From: Capillimicrobium sp.
GTDB lineage: Bacteria > Actinomycetota > Thermoleophilia > Solirubrobacterales > Solirubrobacteraceae
Assembly: GCA_035565675.1 (NCBI GenBank)
Contig: DATMSA010000037.1
Location: 13,173-53,172 of the forward strand
DNA: 40,000 nucleotides
Reading direction: 5' to 3'
Shown here: one piece after another, positions 8,717-17,788 of the stretch
How the letters are laid out: each line of letters opens with the position of its first letter
Numbering within the stretch: position 1 is the first letter of the stretch
Notes under the pieces: generated by a model
The model's database searches: none
Told to the model about the DNA's origin: nothing
The model's input: the letters and a program-made list of their open reading frames with translations, nothing else
Translations under genes and position numbers: made by a program

Positions 8717-9850
8717 TTGAGACCGACACGCACGATCACCGCGCTGGCCCTGTGCGGCGCGCTCGCCGTCGGCGCCGCCGCGTGCGGAGACGACGACGAC
8801 AACGGCAGCACCGGCACCACGGGCGGCGGCGCCGCCACCGCGCAGGCCGCAGCGACGTCGCTGTCGGGCCAGATCGCCGGCGCCGGCGCGAGCTCGCAGG
8901 CGGCCGCGCAGGAGGCGTGGATCGCCGGCTTCCAGACCGCCAACCCCGACGTGACGATCTCCTACGACCCCGTCGGCTCCGGCGGCGGCCGCGAGCAGTT
9001 CGTGGCCGGCGGCACCGCGTTCGGCGGCACCGACTCGGCGCTGGCCGACGAGGAGCTCACCGGCGCCCAGGAGCGCTGCGGCGGCGTCGACAACCTGATC
9101 GAGATCCCGGCCTACGTGTCGCCGATCGCGATCGCCTACAACGTCCCCGGCGTCGAGGAGCTGAAGCTCGCGCCCGAGACGCTGGCCCGGATCTTCAAGC
9201 AGGAGATCAAGAACTGGAACGACCCGGCGATCGCCGCGACGAACGAGGGTGTCGAGCTGCCCGACCAGGCGATCACCGTCGTCAACCGCTCCGACGAGTC
9301 CGGCACGACCGAGAACTTCGTCGAGTACCTCGCCGCCGTCGCCCCCGACGTGTGGACGTTCGAGGTGAGCGGCGACTGGCCCGTGAAGGGCGGCGAGGCG
9401 GCCGAGGGCACGTCCGGCGTCGTGGACGCGATCCGCAACGGCGAGGGCTCGATCGGCTACGCCGACGCCAGCCAGGTCGGCGATCTCGGCGTCGTGCAGG
9501 TGCAGGTCGGCGAGGACTTCGTCGGCCCGACCCCCGAGGCGGCGGCCGAGATCTTCGCCGACTCGGAGCGCACCGAGGGCGAGGGCGCGAACGTGTTCAC
9601 GTACACGCTGAACCGCGAGACGGAGGCCTCGGGCACGTACCCGATCGTGCTCGTGTCCTACCTGATGGCCTGCACGCAGTACGACTCCGCGCAGGAGGCC
9701 GACATCGTCAAGGCCTACCTGAGCTACCTGATCAGCCCGGAGGGCCAGGACGCGGCCGCCCAGGCGGCCGGCTCGGCCCCGATCTCCGACGAGACCCGGG
9801 CGCTGATCCAGCCCGCCATCGACGCGATCGGCGGTGGCTCGGCCTCCTAG
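8717..9850 (+). CDS. pstS: phosphate ABC transporter substrate-binding lipoprotein PstS
   Basis: TTG start preceded by GAAGGAG. A signal peptide with Cys (AVGAAAC) is followed by a low-complexity linker. SGAGASSQ, SYDPVGSGGG, RSDESGTT and GSIGY are PstS motifs. Confidence 0.9.
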   Translation: MRPTRTITALALCGALAVGAAACGDDDDNGSTGTTGGGAATAQAAATSLSGQIAGAGASSQAAAQEAWIAGFQTANPDVTISYDPVGSGGGREQFVAGGTAFGGTDSALADEELTGAQERCGGVDNLIEIPAYVSPIAIAYNVPGVEELKLAPETLARIFKQEIKNWNDPAIAATNEGVELPDQAITVVNRSDESGTTENFVEYLAAVAPDVWTFEVSGDWPVKGGEAAEGTSGVVDAIRNGEGSIGYADASQVGDLGVVQVQVGEDFVGPTPEAAAEIFADSERTEGEGANVFTYTLNRETEASGTYPIVLVSYLMACTQYDSAQEADIVKAYLSYLISPEGQDAAAQAAGSAPISDETRALIQPAIDAIGGGSAS

Positions 9851-9890
9851 CCGGCCCCGCCGCCCGACCCCGCCAGAGGAACCGACCCCC

Positions 9891-10844
9891 ATGAGCGCCA
9901 CACCCCACACGACCAGCCTCGCCGCTCGTCGCCGTCGTGGCGTGCGCGGCGCCGGCGACCGAATGTTCGCCGGCGCCGCCGTCGGGGCCGGGGCCGTCAT
10001 CCTGGCCCTGCTGGGCGGGGTGGCCGTCTTCCTGCTCGTGAAGGCGTGGCCGGCCATCACCGCCGACGCCGACGAGATCCCCGGCGACGGCGGCCTGCTG
10101 TCCTACATCTGGCCGCTCGCCTTCGGCACGCTGCTGGCCGCGGTCCTCGCGATCCTCATCGCGGTGCCGATGGCCGTCGGCGTGTCGCTGTTCATCAGCC
10201 ACTACGCGCCGCGCTGGCTCGCCCAGCCGCTCGGCTACGTCGTCGACCTCCTCGCCGCGGTGCCCAGCATCGTCTACGGCCTGTGGGGCATCGCGGTGCT
10301 CGGCCCCGCCTCGGTCGACCTCCTGCGCTGGCTGCAGGACAACCTCGGCTTCCTGCCGTTCTTCGTCGGCCCCGCGTCGGCCACCGGCCGCACGATGCTC
10401 GTCGTCGGCGTGGTCCTCGCGGTGATGATCCTGCCGATCATCTGCGCCGTGACGCGCGAGGTGTTCTCGCAGACGCCGCGGTCGCAGATCGAGGGCGCGC
10501 TCGCGCTCGGCGCCACCCGCTGGGAGATGATGCGGATGACCGTCCTGCCGTTCGGGCGCTCGGCGATCATCGGCGGGTCGATGCTCGGCCTCGGCCGCGC
10601 GCTGGGCGAGACCATGGCCGTCGCGATCATCCTGTCGGTCTCCGGCGGGGTGACGGTCAACCTGATCAGCTCCGGCAACCCGTCGACGATCGCCGCGAAC
10701 ATCGCGCTGGACTTCCCCGAGTCGTCCGGGCTGGGCGTGAACGTGCTGATCGCCTCCGGCCTCGTGCTGTTCGCGATCACGCTGGTCGTCAACATGGCCG
10801 CGCGCGCGGTCATCGAGCGCACCGAGCGGGCGAGGCGCGCATGA
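9891..10844 (+). CDS. pstC: phosphate ABC transporter permease PstC
   Basis: ATG 9891 follows AGAGGA. Multi-TM protein with the EAA-type loop [18 protein letters not shown]. Confidence 0.9.
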   Translation: MSATPHTTSLAARRRRGVRGAGDRMFAGAAVGAGAVILALLGGVAVFLLVKAWPAITADADEIPGDGGLLSYIWPLAFGTLLAAVLAILIAVPMAVGVSLFISHYAPRWLAQPLGYVVDLLAAVPSIVYGLWGIAVLGPASVDLLRWLQDNLGFLPFFVGPASATGRTMLVVGVVLAVMILPIICAVTREVFSQTPRSQIEGALALGATRWEMMRMTVLPFGRSAIIGGSMLGLGRALGETMAVAIILSVSGGVTVNLISSGNPSTIAANIALDFPESSGLGVNVLIASGLVLFAITLVVNMAARAVIERTERARRA

Positions 10845-11878
10845 GCACCCTGGACGTCATGCGGCCGTCGCTGCCCTCCTGGGGGCCGTGGGCGCCGCCG
10901 GCCGCCGCGCTGGCGGCCGCCGTCGCGCTGGCGATCGCCACCGACATCGGCACGGGCGTGCTCCTCGTCGGCGCGGTCGTCGTCGCGGCCGCCGTCGTGT
11001 ACGCGTGGTCGCGGGTCGTCGAGGGCGGCCGGCGCGCGCTGGACCGGCTCGTGACCGTGCTCGTCGCCTCCGCGTTCGCGCTCGCGGTCATCCCGCTGAT
11101 CTCGGTGCTCTACACCGTGATCGTCAAGGGCGCCGAGCGCTTCGACTGGGCGTTCTTCACGGAGACCGGCCGCAACGTCGTCGGCGCGGGCGGCGGCGCG
11201 TGGCACGCGATCGTCGGCACGCTCGTCATCACCGGCGTGGCGACCGTCGCCTCGGTGCCGATCGGGATCATGGCCGCGATCTACCTGCAGGAGTACGGGC
11301 AGGGGCGGCTGAAGCGGTGGCTCACGTTCTTCGTCGACGTGATGACCGGCATCCCCTCGATCGTCGCCGGCCTGTTCGCGTTCGCGCTGTTCGCGATCTT
11401 CTTCGGGCCCGGCGTGCGCATGGGCGTCATGGGCGCCGTCGCGCTGTCGGTCCTGATGATCCCGATCGTCGTGCGCTCGACCGAGGAGATGCTGAAGGTC
11501 GTGCCCAACGGGCTGCGCGAGGCGTCGTACGCGCTGGGCGTGCCGAAGTGGCGCACGGTCGTGAGCGTCGTCCTGCCGACGGCGCTGGCCGGCATCGTCA
11601 CGGGCGTGATGGTCGCCGTCGCGCGGGTGATCGGCGAGACCGCGCCGCTGCTGATCACCACCGGCACGATCACCAGCCTCAACGCGAACCCGTTCAGCGG
11701 CCGCATGGAGCCGCTGCCGGTGTACGCCTACAGCCAGTACAAGCACCCGGGCGTCCCGCCCGAGCCGTACTTCGCGCGCGCGTGGGCGGCGGCGCTGACG
11801 CTGATCGCCATCGTCATGCTGCTGAACCTCGTCGCGCGGCTCATCTACAAGCGCTTCGGCACGGAGATCCGCGGATGA
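10841..11878 (+). CDS. pstA: phosphate ABC transporter permease PstA
   Basis: ATGA overlap with pstC. Carries [22 protein letters not shown] and GETAPLL. Confidence 0.9.
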   Translation: MSTLDVMRPSLPSWGPWAPPAAALAAAVALAIATDIGTGVLLVGAVVVAAAVVYAWSRVVEGGRRALDRLVTVLVASAFALAVIPLISVLYTVIVKGAERFDWAFFTETGRNVVGAGGGAWHAIVGTLVITGVATVASVPIGIMAAIYLQEYGQGRLKRWLTFFVDVMTGIPSIVAGLFAFALFAIFFGPGVRMGVMGAVALSVLMIPIVVRSTEEMLKVVPNGLREASYALGVPKWRTVVSVVLPTALAGIVTGVMVAVARVIGETAPLLITTGTITSLNANPFSGRMEPLPVYAYSQYKHPGVPPEPYFARAWAAALTLIAIVMLLNLVARLIYKRFGTEIRG

Positions 11879-12738
11879 CCGAGCACGCATCGACCGCCGC
11901 CGGCGAGGCCGCGGCCACCGCCGCCCCGCGCGGCGGCGCCGCCACGGTGGAGGCCGTCGCGGCCAAGGCCGTCGAGGTCAGCGACCTGAACCTGTACTAC
12001 GGCGACTTCCACGCCGTGAAGGACGTCAACCTGCGCATCGAGCCCAACGCGGTGACGGCGCTGATCGGCTCCTCCGGCTGCGGCAAGTCGACGTTCCTGC
12101 GCTCGCTGAACCGCATGCACGAGCTGGTGCCGGGCGGCCGGGTCGAGGGGTCGATCCGCCTCGACGGCGACGACATCTACGCCCCCGACGTCGACCCGGT
12201 CGCCGTGCGGCGGCAGATCGGCATGGTCTTCCAGGCGCCCAACCCGTTCCCGACGATGTCGATCTACGACAACGTCGCGGCCGGGCTGAAGCTCACGCGC
12301 CGCCGGCGCGACCGGGCGGGTCTCGACGAGATCGTCGAGCGCTCGCTGCGCCAGGCGCACCTGTGGGACGAGGTCAAGGACCGCCTCGACAGGCCCGGCA
12401 TCGGGCTCTCCGGCGGCCAGCAGCAGCGGCTGTGCATCGCCCGCACGATCGCCGTGGAGCCCGAGGTCGTGCTGATGGACGAGCCCGCGTCCGCGCTGGA
12501 CCCGATCTCGACGCTCGCGATCGAGGACCTCATGATCGAGCTCAAGGAGCGCTACACGATCGTGATCGTCACCCACAACATGCAGCAGGCGGGGCGGGCG
12601 AGCGACTACACCGCGTTCTTCAACATCGCGGGCGTCGGCGAGCCCGGGATGCTCGTCGAGTTCGACACCACCGAGAAGATCTTCTCCAACCCCTCCGAGC
12701 CCGCCACCGAGGACTACATCAGCGGACGGTTCGGCTGA
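11875..12738 (+). CDS. pstB: phosphate ABC transporter ATP-binding protein PstB
   Basis: ATGA overlap with pstA. Walker A is GSSGCGKST, with the signature [13 protein letters not shown] and C-terminal [10 protein letters not shown]. Confidence 0.92.
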   Translation: MTEHASTAAGEAAATAAPRGGAATVEAVAAKAVEVSDLNLYYGDFHAVKDVNLRIEPNAVTALIGSSGCGKSTFLRSLNRMHELVPGGRVEGSIRLDGDDIYAPDVDPVAVRRQIGMVFQAPNPFPTMSIYDNVAAGLKLTRRRRDRAGLDEIVERSLRQAHLWDEVKDRLDRPGIGLSGGQQQRLCIARTIAVEPEVVLMDEPASALDPISTLAIEDLMIELKERYTIVIVTHNMQQAGRASDYTAFFNIAGVGEPGMLVEFDTTEKIFSNPSEPATEDYISGRFG

Positions 12739-12771
12739 GCCGCCGCGCCGTCGCGCTCGGAGCGGGGATCC

Positions 12772-12793
12772 TGTGAACGAGCTGTGATCATCG
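12772..12793 (-). promoter_or_regulatory. PHO-box-like repeat in inverted orientation (TGTGAA-N5-TGTGAT on + strand)
   Basis: Hexamers at 12772 and 12783 are 11 bp apart and read ATCACA/TTCACA on the minus strand. The site lies between the pstB stop and the regulator start. Confidence 0.4.
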
Positions 12794-12840
12794 CGCCCGC
12801 GCCCCTTGCCGCCGCCCCGGCGGGGACTAAGCTGCGGGGC

Positions 12841-13692
12841 ATGGTCGAAGGAACGCCGGGCGAGCCCCACGGGCACGCACAGGAGGGGCCGGCGGGCGCG
12901 CCGTTGCGTCTCGCCGTCCTGGATCGCGACAGCGGGTTCCTGCAGGTGCTCGGCAAGCGGCTCGATCGCCTCGGCTGGGAGCACCGCGTCCTGGCCAGCC
13001 CCGTGTCGTCCGACGCGCTCGTCTCGATGCGCCTCAGCGCGATCGTCGTCGACCTGGCGATCCTCGGCCCGCAGGCGTGGGAGTGGCTGGAGCGCACGTG
13101 CGCCGCCCTGCCCGGCCTCGGCGTGGTCGTGTGCACCGGGCAGTCGACGGTCGCCCAGCGGGTGCGGGGCCTGCGCGCCGGCGCCGACGACTGGGTGACC
13201 AAGCCGTGCCATCCCGAGGAGGTCATCGCCCGCGTCGAGTCGGTGGTGCGCCGCCGCCGCCGCGCGGAGGCCCGCGTCGACGTCGAGCCGGTCGTGGCCG
13301 GCGAGGTCGAGATCCGCGCCGACCAGTTCCAGGCGTTCGTGGGCGACCGCTCGGTCGACCTCACCCGCCGCGAGTTCGAGCTCATCGAGCTGCTGGCTGC
13401 CGCCCGCGGCCGCGTGCTCGAGCGCGAGGAGATCTACCAGCGCGTGTGGGGCTACGCGATGGCCCGCGGCGACCGCTCGGTCGACGTGTTCGTGCGCAAG
13501 CTGCGCCAGAAGCTCGAGAAGGCCTCGCCGAACTGGCGCTACATCCACACCCACTTCGGGATCGGCTACCGCTTCGCGCCCGAGCCGGTCGAGGGCGCGG
13601 AGGTCGTGACGCCCGTGGCCGAGGCCGTGGCGCGCGAGGCGGCCGAGTCCGCCGAGACGGCGGCCGCGGCGGCCGAGTCCGTCTATCGTTGA
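12841..13692 (+). CDS. OmpR/PhoB-family response regulator (receiver + winged helix), orphan
   Basis: The receiver has LAVLDRD, the acceptor context AIVVDLAILG, VVCTG and VTKP. The DNA-binding domain has LTRREFELIELL and GDRSVDVFVRKLRQKLE..IHTHFGIGYRF. The start is uncertain (GTG 12784 or ATG 12841). No histidine kinase is present in the window. Confidence 0.8.
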   Translation: MVEGTPGEPHGHAQEGPAGAPLRLAVLDRDSGFLQVLGKRLDRLGWEHRVLASPVSSDALVSMRLSAIVVDLAILGPQAWEWLERTCAALPGLGVVVCTGQSTVAQRVRGLRAGADDWVTKPCHPEEVIARVESVVRRRRRAEARVDVEPVVAGEVEIRADQFQAFVGDRSVDLTRREFELIELLAAARGRVLEREEIYQRVWGYAMARGDRSVDVFVRKLRQKLEKASPNWRYIHTHFGIGYRFAPEPVEGAEVVTPVAEAVAREAAESAETAAAAAESVYR

Positions 13693-13696
13693 CGGC

Positions 13697-14047
13697 GTGA
13701 AGCACGTCCGCAACTTCGCGATCGTCGCGGTCCTGGCGTTCGGCGTCTACGCCCTGCCGGGCGGGGACACGGCCGCCGACCTGTTCGGCGCCACGCTGTT
13801 CGTGATCCTGACGATCGGGATCGGCCTGCTGGCCGCGCGCCTGTACCGCGAGCGCCGCTTCGACATCGAGGCGCTCGGCGACCGCTGGCGGCTCGTGCTG
13901 TACGGGGCGCTGGGCGCGATCGTGCTCGCGCTGGCCGCCTCCCCGGAGCTGTTCGACACCGGCCTGGGGACCGTCGCGTGGATCGCGATCATGGCCGCGT
14001 GCGTCTACGCGCTCGTGCGCGTGTTCCGCCACGCGCGCGAGTACTGA
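13697..14047 (+). CDS. hypothetical membrane protein
   Basis: 116 aa with about 4 TM helices. GTG 13697 lies 4 nt after the regulator stop. I recognise no family. Confidence 0.45.
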   Translation: MKHVRNFAIVAVLAFGVYALPGGDTAADLFGATLFVILTIGIGLLAARLYRERRFDIEALGDRWRLVLYGALGAIVLALAASPELFDTGLGTVAWIAIMAACVYALVRVFRHAREY

Positions 14048-14119
14048 GCTTCGTTGCCGTTCTGACGCAGTTCCGGCGCAGACTGGTGGTCCGCTGACAC
14101 ATCTGCCGCGCCAGGCTTC

Positions 14120-14470
14120 GTGGCCATGGCGCGAGGGCAGCGAGGACAGGCGGCGGTGGAGCTGGTGGCGCTGCTGCCGCTCGTCGCGCTGCTGGGCCTG
14201 CTGGCGTGGCAGGCGGTCGTCGCCGGGCAGGCGGTGTGGCTGTCGGGTGCGGCGGCGCGGGCGGCCGCGCGGGCCGACGCGATCGGGGCCGACGCGCAGG
14301 CGGCGGCGCGCGGGGTGCTGCCCGGGTCCTTGGCGCGCGGCACGCGCGTGGTGGGGGAGGGCGACACCGCCGGCGACGTGACCGTGCGCGTGGCGATCCC
14401 GGCCGTGGTCGGCGGGATCGAGCTGGCGGCGATCCGGACGCGGGCGCGCTTCGCGCCGCAGGAGGGGTGA
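14120..14470 (+). CDS. TadE-like pilus assembly (pseudopilin) protein
   Basis: The N-terminus RGQRGQAAVELVALLPLVALL matches the TadE-like G-x-x-x-VE plus hydrophobic segment. Small protein. Confidence 0.65.
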   Translation: MAMARGQRGQAAVELVALLPLVALLGLLAWQAVVAGQAVWLSGAAARAAARADAIGADAQAAARGVLPGSLARGTRVVGEGDTAGDVTVRVAIPAVVGGIELAAIRTRARFAPQEG

Positions 14471-14473
14471 CGG

Positions 14474-14854
14474 GTGGGGCCGCGTGGGACCGTGCGCGTG
14501 CTCCGGGCGCGGAATGCGCATGTCTCGGGCGCCCGCGGGCAGGCGACGGTCGAGCTGGTGGGGATGCTGCCCATCCTCGTGGTGGTCGCGCTGGCGGCGG
14601 CGCAGCTCCTGGCGGCGGGCGTGGCGCGCGAGCTGGCCGGCCACGCGGCGCAGGCGGGCGCGATGGCGCTGCTGCAGGGCGGCGAGGCCGGCCGGGCCGC
14701 GCGCGACGCGGTGCCCGGCTGGGCGCGCGACCGCATGACCGTCTCGGTGCGCGGCCGGCGCGTCGAGGTCGTGCTGCGCCCGCCGGCGCCGGTGCGCGCG
14801 GTCGGCGACGGGCTGGCGGCGCGGGCCGTCGCGACGGCTGGGGCCGAGTCGTGA
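14474..14854 (+). CDS. TadE-like pilus assembly (pseudopilin) protein
   Basis: ARGQATVELVGMLPILVVVALAAAQ is the same class of N-terminal motif. The exact start is uncertain. Confidence 0.6.
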   Translation: MGPRGTVRVLRARNAHVSGARGQATVELVGMLPILVVVALAAAQLLAAGVARELAGHAAQAGAMALLQGGEAGRAARDAVPGWARDRMTVSVRGRRVEVVLRPPAPVRAVGDGLAARAVATAGAES

Positions 14855-16044
14855 GCGCGGTCGCGCGCTGGTTCGTGCGGCCCGCGGGCGAGGCGCGCGC
14901 CCCGGCGGCGCGCGAGGTGCGGGCCGGGCGCGCGGCGCCGCCGGCCCTGGCGATCGTCGCCGCCGGCCCGGCGGCGCTGCCCGCCGCCGCGGCGGCCGCG
15001 CTGCGCCACGCCGGCAGCGGGGCGGTCGTGCTGTGCTGCTGGCGGGTGGCCGGGGCCGGGCGCGCGCGGGGCGTCGTCCCGCTGCCGGCGGCCCGGCGGC
15101 TGGCCGCGTCGCTGGCGGCGCGGGGGCTGGAGGCGGTCGCGTCCGGCCGGCTCGTGCGCGTGGCGCTGCCGGCCGGCGACGCGCAGGCGGTCGCCGCGCT
15201 GCGCCGCGCGGAGGCGGCCTGCGGCGCCGCGCCGTGCGTCCCGGTCGTGGGCGGGCCGCGCGGGCCGGCGTGGGACCCGGTGCTGGCCGAGCGCGACCTG
15301 GTGCTGGTGCACGGTGACGACCCGGCGGTGGTGGGGCTGGCGGTCGCGCGGCTCGCCGCCGAGCGCTGCGCCGCGGCGCCGCTGGACGGGGCGCCGCCGC
15401 GGCCGCTGCGGGGGCTGGCGGTGGCCGGCCTGGTCCTGCCCGCGCCGCGGCCGCGGTCGCCGCGGTCGCCGCGGTCGCCGCGCGCCGCCGACGGGCAGGC
15501 CGCGGTGCTGCTCGTCGCGATCCTCTGCGCGGTCCTGCTCGGCGCGGCGGTCCTCGGCCTGCTGGCCGCCGGCGTCAACGCGCACGGCCGCCAGCAGCGG
15601 GCCGCCGACCTCGGCGCGCTCGCGGCGGCTCGGCGCATGCACGACCTGCACCCGCGGCTGTTCGAGCCGGCGCTCGTCGACGGCGCGCCCAACCCCCGCC
15701 ACCTCGAGCGCGCCGCGTACCTGGCGGCCGCGCGCGAGGCCGGCGAGGCGGTCGCGCGCGCCAACGGCGCCGACGCGGTGGCGGTCACGTTCCCCGACGC
15801 CGATCCGATCGCGCCCGCGCTCGTGCGCGTGGCGGTCGGCGAGCGCGTGGCGGTCACGGTCGCGGGCGCCCGCGAGCGCATCGACGTGCGGGCCAGCGCC
15901 GACGCCCGGATCGTCCCGGTCGCCGCGCCGGACGGGGCGGCGTGGGGCGACGAGTACCGCGGCCCGTTCGCGGTGCGCCAGGGCCGGCGGATGCGCCCCG
16001 ACGTGGCCCAGGCCTTCGACCGCATGGCCGCCGCGGCCGCCGCC
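14851..16044 (+). pseudogene. TadG-like membrane protein with beginning of an M15 peptidase-like module, interrupted by insertion
   Basis: GTGA overlap with the preceding gene and strong GC3. An Ala-rich N-terminal region of about 190 aa is followed by DGQAAVLLVAILCAVLLGAAVLGLLAAG....QQRAADLGALAAAR (Tad/TadG N-terminal type; an alternative internal GTG lies at 15421). Next comes GPFAVRQGRRMRPDVAQAFDRMAAAA, resembling the start of VanY/M15 peptidases. Coding character changes at about 16045. Confidence 0.5.
15445..15480 (+). repeat. 9-bp tandem repeat CCGCGGTCG x3 (encodes PRS x3)
   Basis: Read directly at 15451-15477 with partial copies on both flanks. It is in frame in the linker before the TadG-like TM segment. 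Confidence 0.85.
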
Positions 16045-16614
16045 TGGACCTCTGTAGCCCTCGGCGGTCAGCGCATCGCCTACGGCTCGCTCTGTCAGGC
16101 CGGAAGCGCGCAGCTCCCGTGCGCGAGCCTCGACGTAGGGGGCGATGACCCGCGCGCGTCCCAGCCGAACGCCGGCCGCTCGCCGTGCCGCTAACGCTTC
16201 GCGCGTGCGCTGCGAGATCAAGCGTCGCTCGTACTGGGCGAACGTAGCCCGCACGTTGGCCATCATCTCGCCCTCGGGGGTGGTCGTGTCCACGCCGAGG
16301 TCAAGCGCCACGACACTCCACCGCTCGCGCTGCGCCCGCGCCATGAGCGACGCGAAGTCGAGCATGGAGCGTGAGAGGCGGTCGAGACGCGACACGCACA
16401 GCGCGTCAGCATCCCCAGCATCGAGAGCGTCGAGCGCGCACCGGATGCCAGGCCGGTTCATGTCCTTGGCGGAGTAGCCCGCGTCCTCGATGAACTCGAC
16501 CGACCAACCGCGTCGGTCGGCTTCCGCCTGGATCGCCGAACGCTGAGCGTCGATGCCCGCGCCGCTGTTCGCCTGCTCGGCCGTCGACACGCGGAGGTAG
16601 CCGAGGACCCTCAT
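16045..16614 (-). CDS. small serine recombinase (resolvase/invertase family); 3' end undefined
   Basis: MRVLGYLRVSTAEQ (catalytic Ser), SRLDRLSRS, FAQYERRLISQRT and a C-terminal HTH (LRASGLTERAVGDALTAEGY). There is no in-frame stop near the expected length; the frame runs on, antisense to the host gene, down to 14005. Confidence 0.8.
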
Positions 16615-16829
16615 CCGCCCCGTCCAAGACCCGCGAGCAGTCGTGCCCGCCGGTGGACCGCGCCCGCGTAGGTGGCGACTTCCGCCCATGCGGCGCGGCG
16701 GTCGTTGTCGTTGTCGCTGGCTACCGAGACGGCGACGACGAGCCGTGCCATCAGCGCCTTGATCTCGGTCGCGCGCTCGGTGTCTGACTTGCCGCGCGCG
16801 GGGACGCGCGTAGGCTTCGACTTGTCCAT
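16611..16829 (-). CDS. hypothetical small protein, translationally coupled to recombinase
   Basis: 72 aa. ATG 16829 follows AGGAGGAG with 8-nt spacing, and its stop overlaps the recombinase ATG (ATGA). I recognise no family. Confidence 0.4.
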   Translation of the reverse strand: MDKSKPTRVPARGKSDTERATEIKALMARLVVAVSVASDNDNDRRAAWAEVATYAGAVHRRARLLAGLGRGG

Positions 16830-17083
16830 GGAGATCACTCCTCCTGGGCCATGGCCCCGGACGGTTACCGCCGTCGCGGGGCCGACTAGTGGTTGAAGCC
16901 CTCACCGTAGCTGCTCCCAAGACCACCGTCAACGGAGCAGTATCCGGGAAAATCCCTGCTTATGGGCAGTTTTTCGCGGTAGTTGTCCCACAGGCGGAGA
17001 ATGAAGCGAAGTGGTACGAAGGCCCTGGACCGGACGGAATTCCGATCTGGCGCGCGTCCGCTGTGCGTGTCACCCTGCCGGCG

Positions 17084-17770
17084 ATGTCGACTGGACACTC
17101 CTTCAACCCGCTGGACCGCGTCGAGCTTGGTCGCAGCGTTGGTCGCGCCCTGCTCCTGAGCGAGTGCGGTCCTCTGCCGCCCGAGCCGTTCGCCGGAGCG
17201 GGCATCTACGCCATCTACTACCAAGGCGACTTCGACGCCTACGCGCCGCTGGCCATCCCCGGCTGCGTGTGGCCAATCTACGTCGGTCGAGCCATGCCGT
17301 CCGGTGGTCGCAAGGGTCTTGTTGGACTCGACGCCTCGCCCGGACCTAAGCTGCACGCGCGCCTGCGTGAGCACGCCAAGTCGCTTGACGCCGCGACCAA
17401 CCTGAAACGCGATCACTTCCGCTGCCGCTACCTGGTCGTGGACGACATCTGGATTCCCTTGGCGGAACGACTCCTGATCGGCCACTACCGCCCGGTCTGG
17501 AACGGCGTCGTTGACGGCTTCGGCATCCACGACCCTGGCGGCAAGCCGGGCGGACGAACGGGCCGCGCGGGGCAGATGAAGTCGCTGTGGGACACCCTGC
17601 ATCCCGGACGCGCGTTCGCTGATGGTCGCGAGGAGAAGGCGTCGGTCGAGGAGATCCGCGACCGGATCGCGGAGCACCTGTTCGAGCACCCGCCTCGCGA
17701 CGAGGAGATGCCCGTTCTCGGCGAACCGCCTGCAAGCGATGAGGAAGTGGGCGAGGAGGACGACGCGTAG
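17084..17770 (+). CDS. GIY-YIG nuclease, Eco29kI-like type II restriction endonuclease (putative)
   Basis: 228 aa from ATG 17084. GIYAIYY...(25 aa)...PIYVGRA is a GIY-YIG core, followed by RLREH, PLAERLLIGHYRPVWN, GFGIHDPGG..GR and SLWDTLHPGR, which I recall as characteristic of the Eco29kI family. It lies directly upstream of a C5-MTase. Confidence 0.6.
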   Translation: MSTGHSFNPLDRVELGRSVGRALLLSECGPLPPEPFAGAGIYAIYYQGDFDAYAPLAIPGCVWPIYVGRAMPSGGRKGLVGLDASPGPKLHARLREHAKSLDAATNLKRDHFRCRYLVVDDIWIPLAERLLIGHYRPVWNGVVDGFGIHDPGGKPGGRTGRAGQMKSLWDTLHPGRAFADGREEKASVEEIRDRIAEHLFEHPPRDEEMPVLGEPPASDEEVGEEDDA

Positions 17771-17788
17771 GCCGGACGAGACCCCTTC

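Noticed and set aside
8300-13713. Several long minus-strand ORFs (8300..10060, 10274..11890, 11845..13713) opposite the pst operon and regulator
   Set aside because: They are antisense to strongly supported pstS/C/A/B and response-regulator genes and have low-complexity translations.
15445-15480. Short tandem repeats (9-bp x3 here; 16-bp x2 at 3677) as possible CRISPR
   Set aside because: They have no spacers, too few and too short units, the 9-bp repeat is in frame within a CDS, and there are no cas genes. They are not CRISPR arrays.
13989-16025. 678-aa minus ORF, and the 14005..16044 part of the 975-aa minus ORF
   Set aside because: Both are antisense to the Tad-like genes. Only the 16045..16614 part of the 975-aa frame carries recombinase homology.
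16889-17083. N-terminal 65 codons of the ORF-track call 16889..17770
   Set aside because: This part lies in the low-GC divergent promoter region and has no similarity to GIY-YIG nucleases. Homology begins after ATG 17084, so the shorter gene is preferred.
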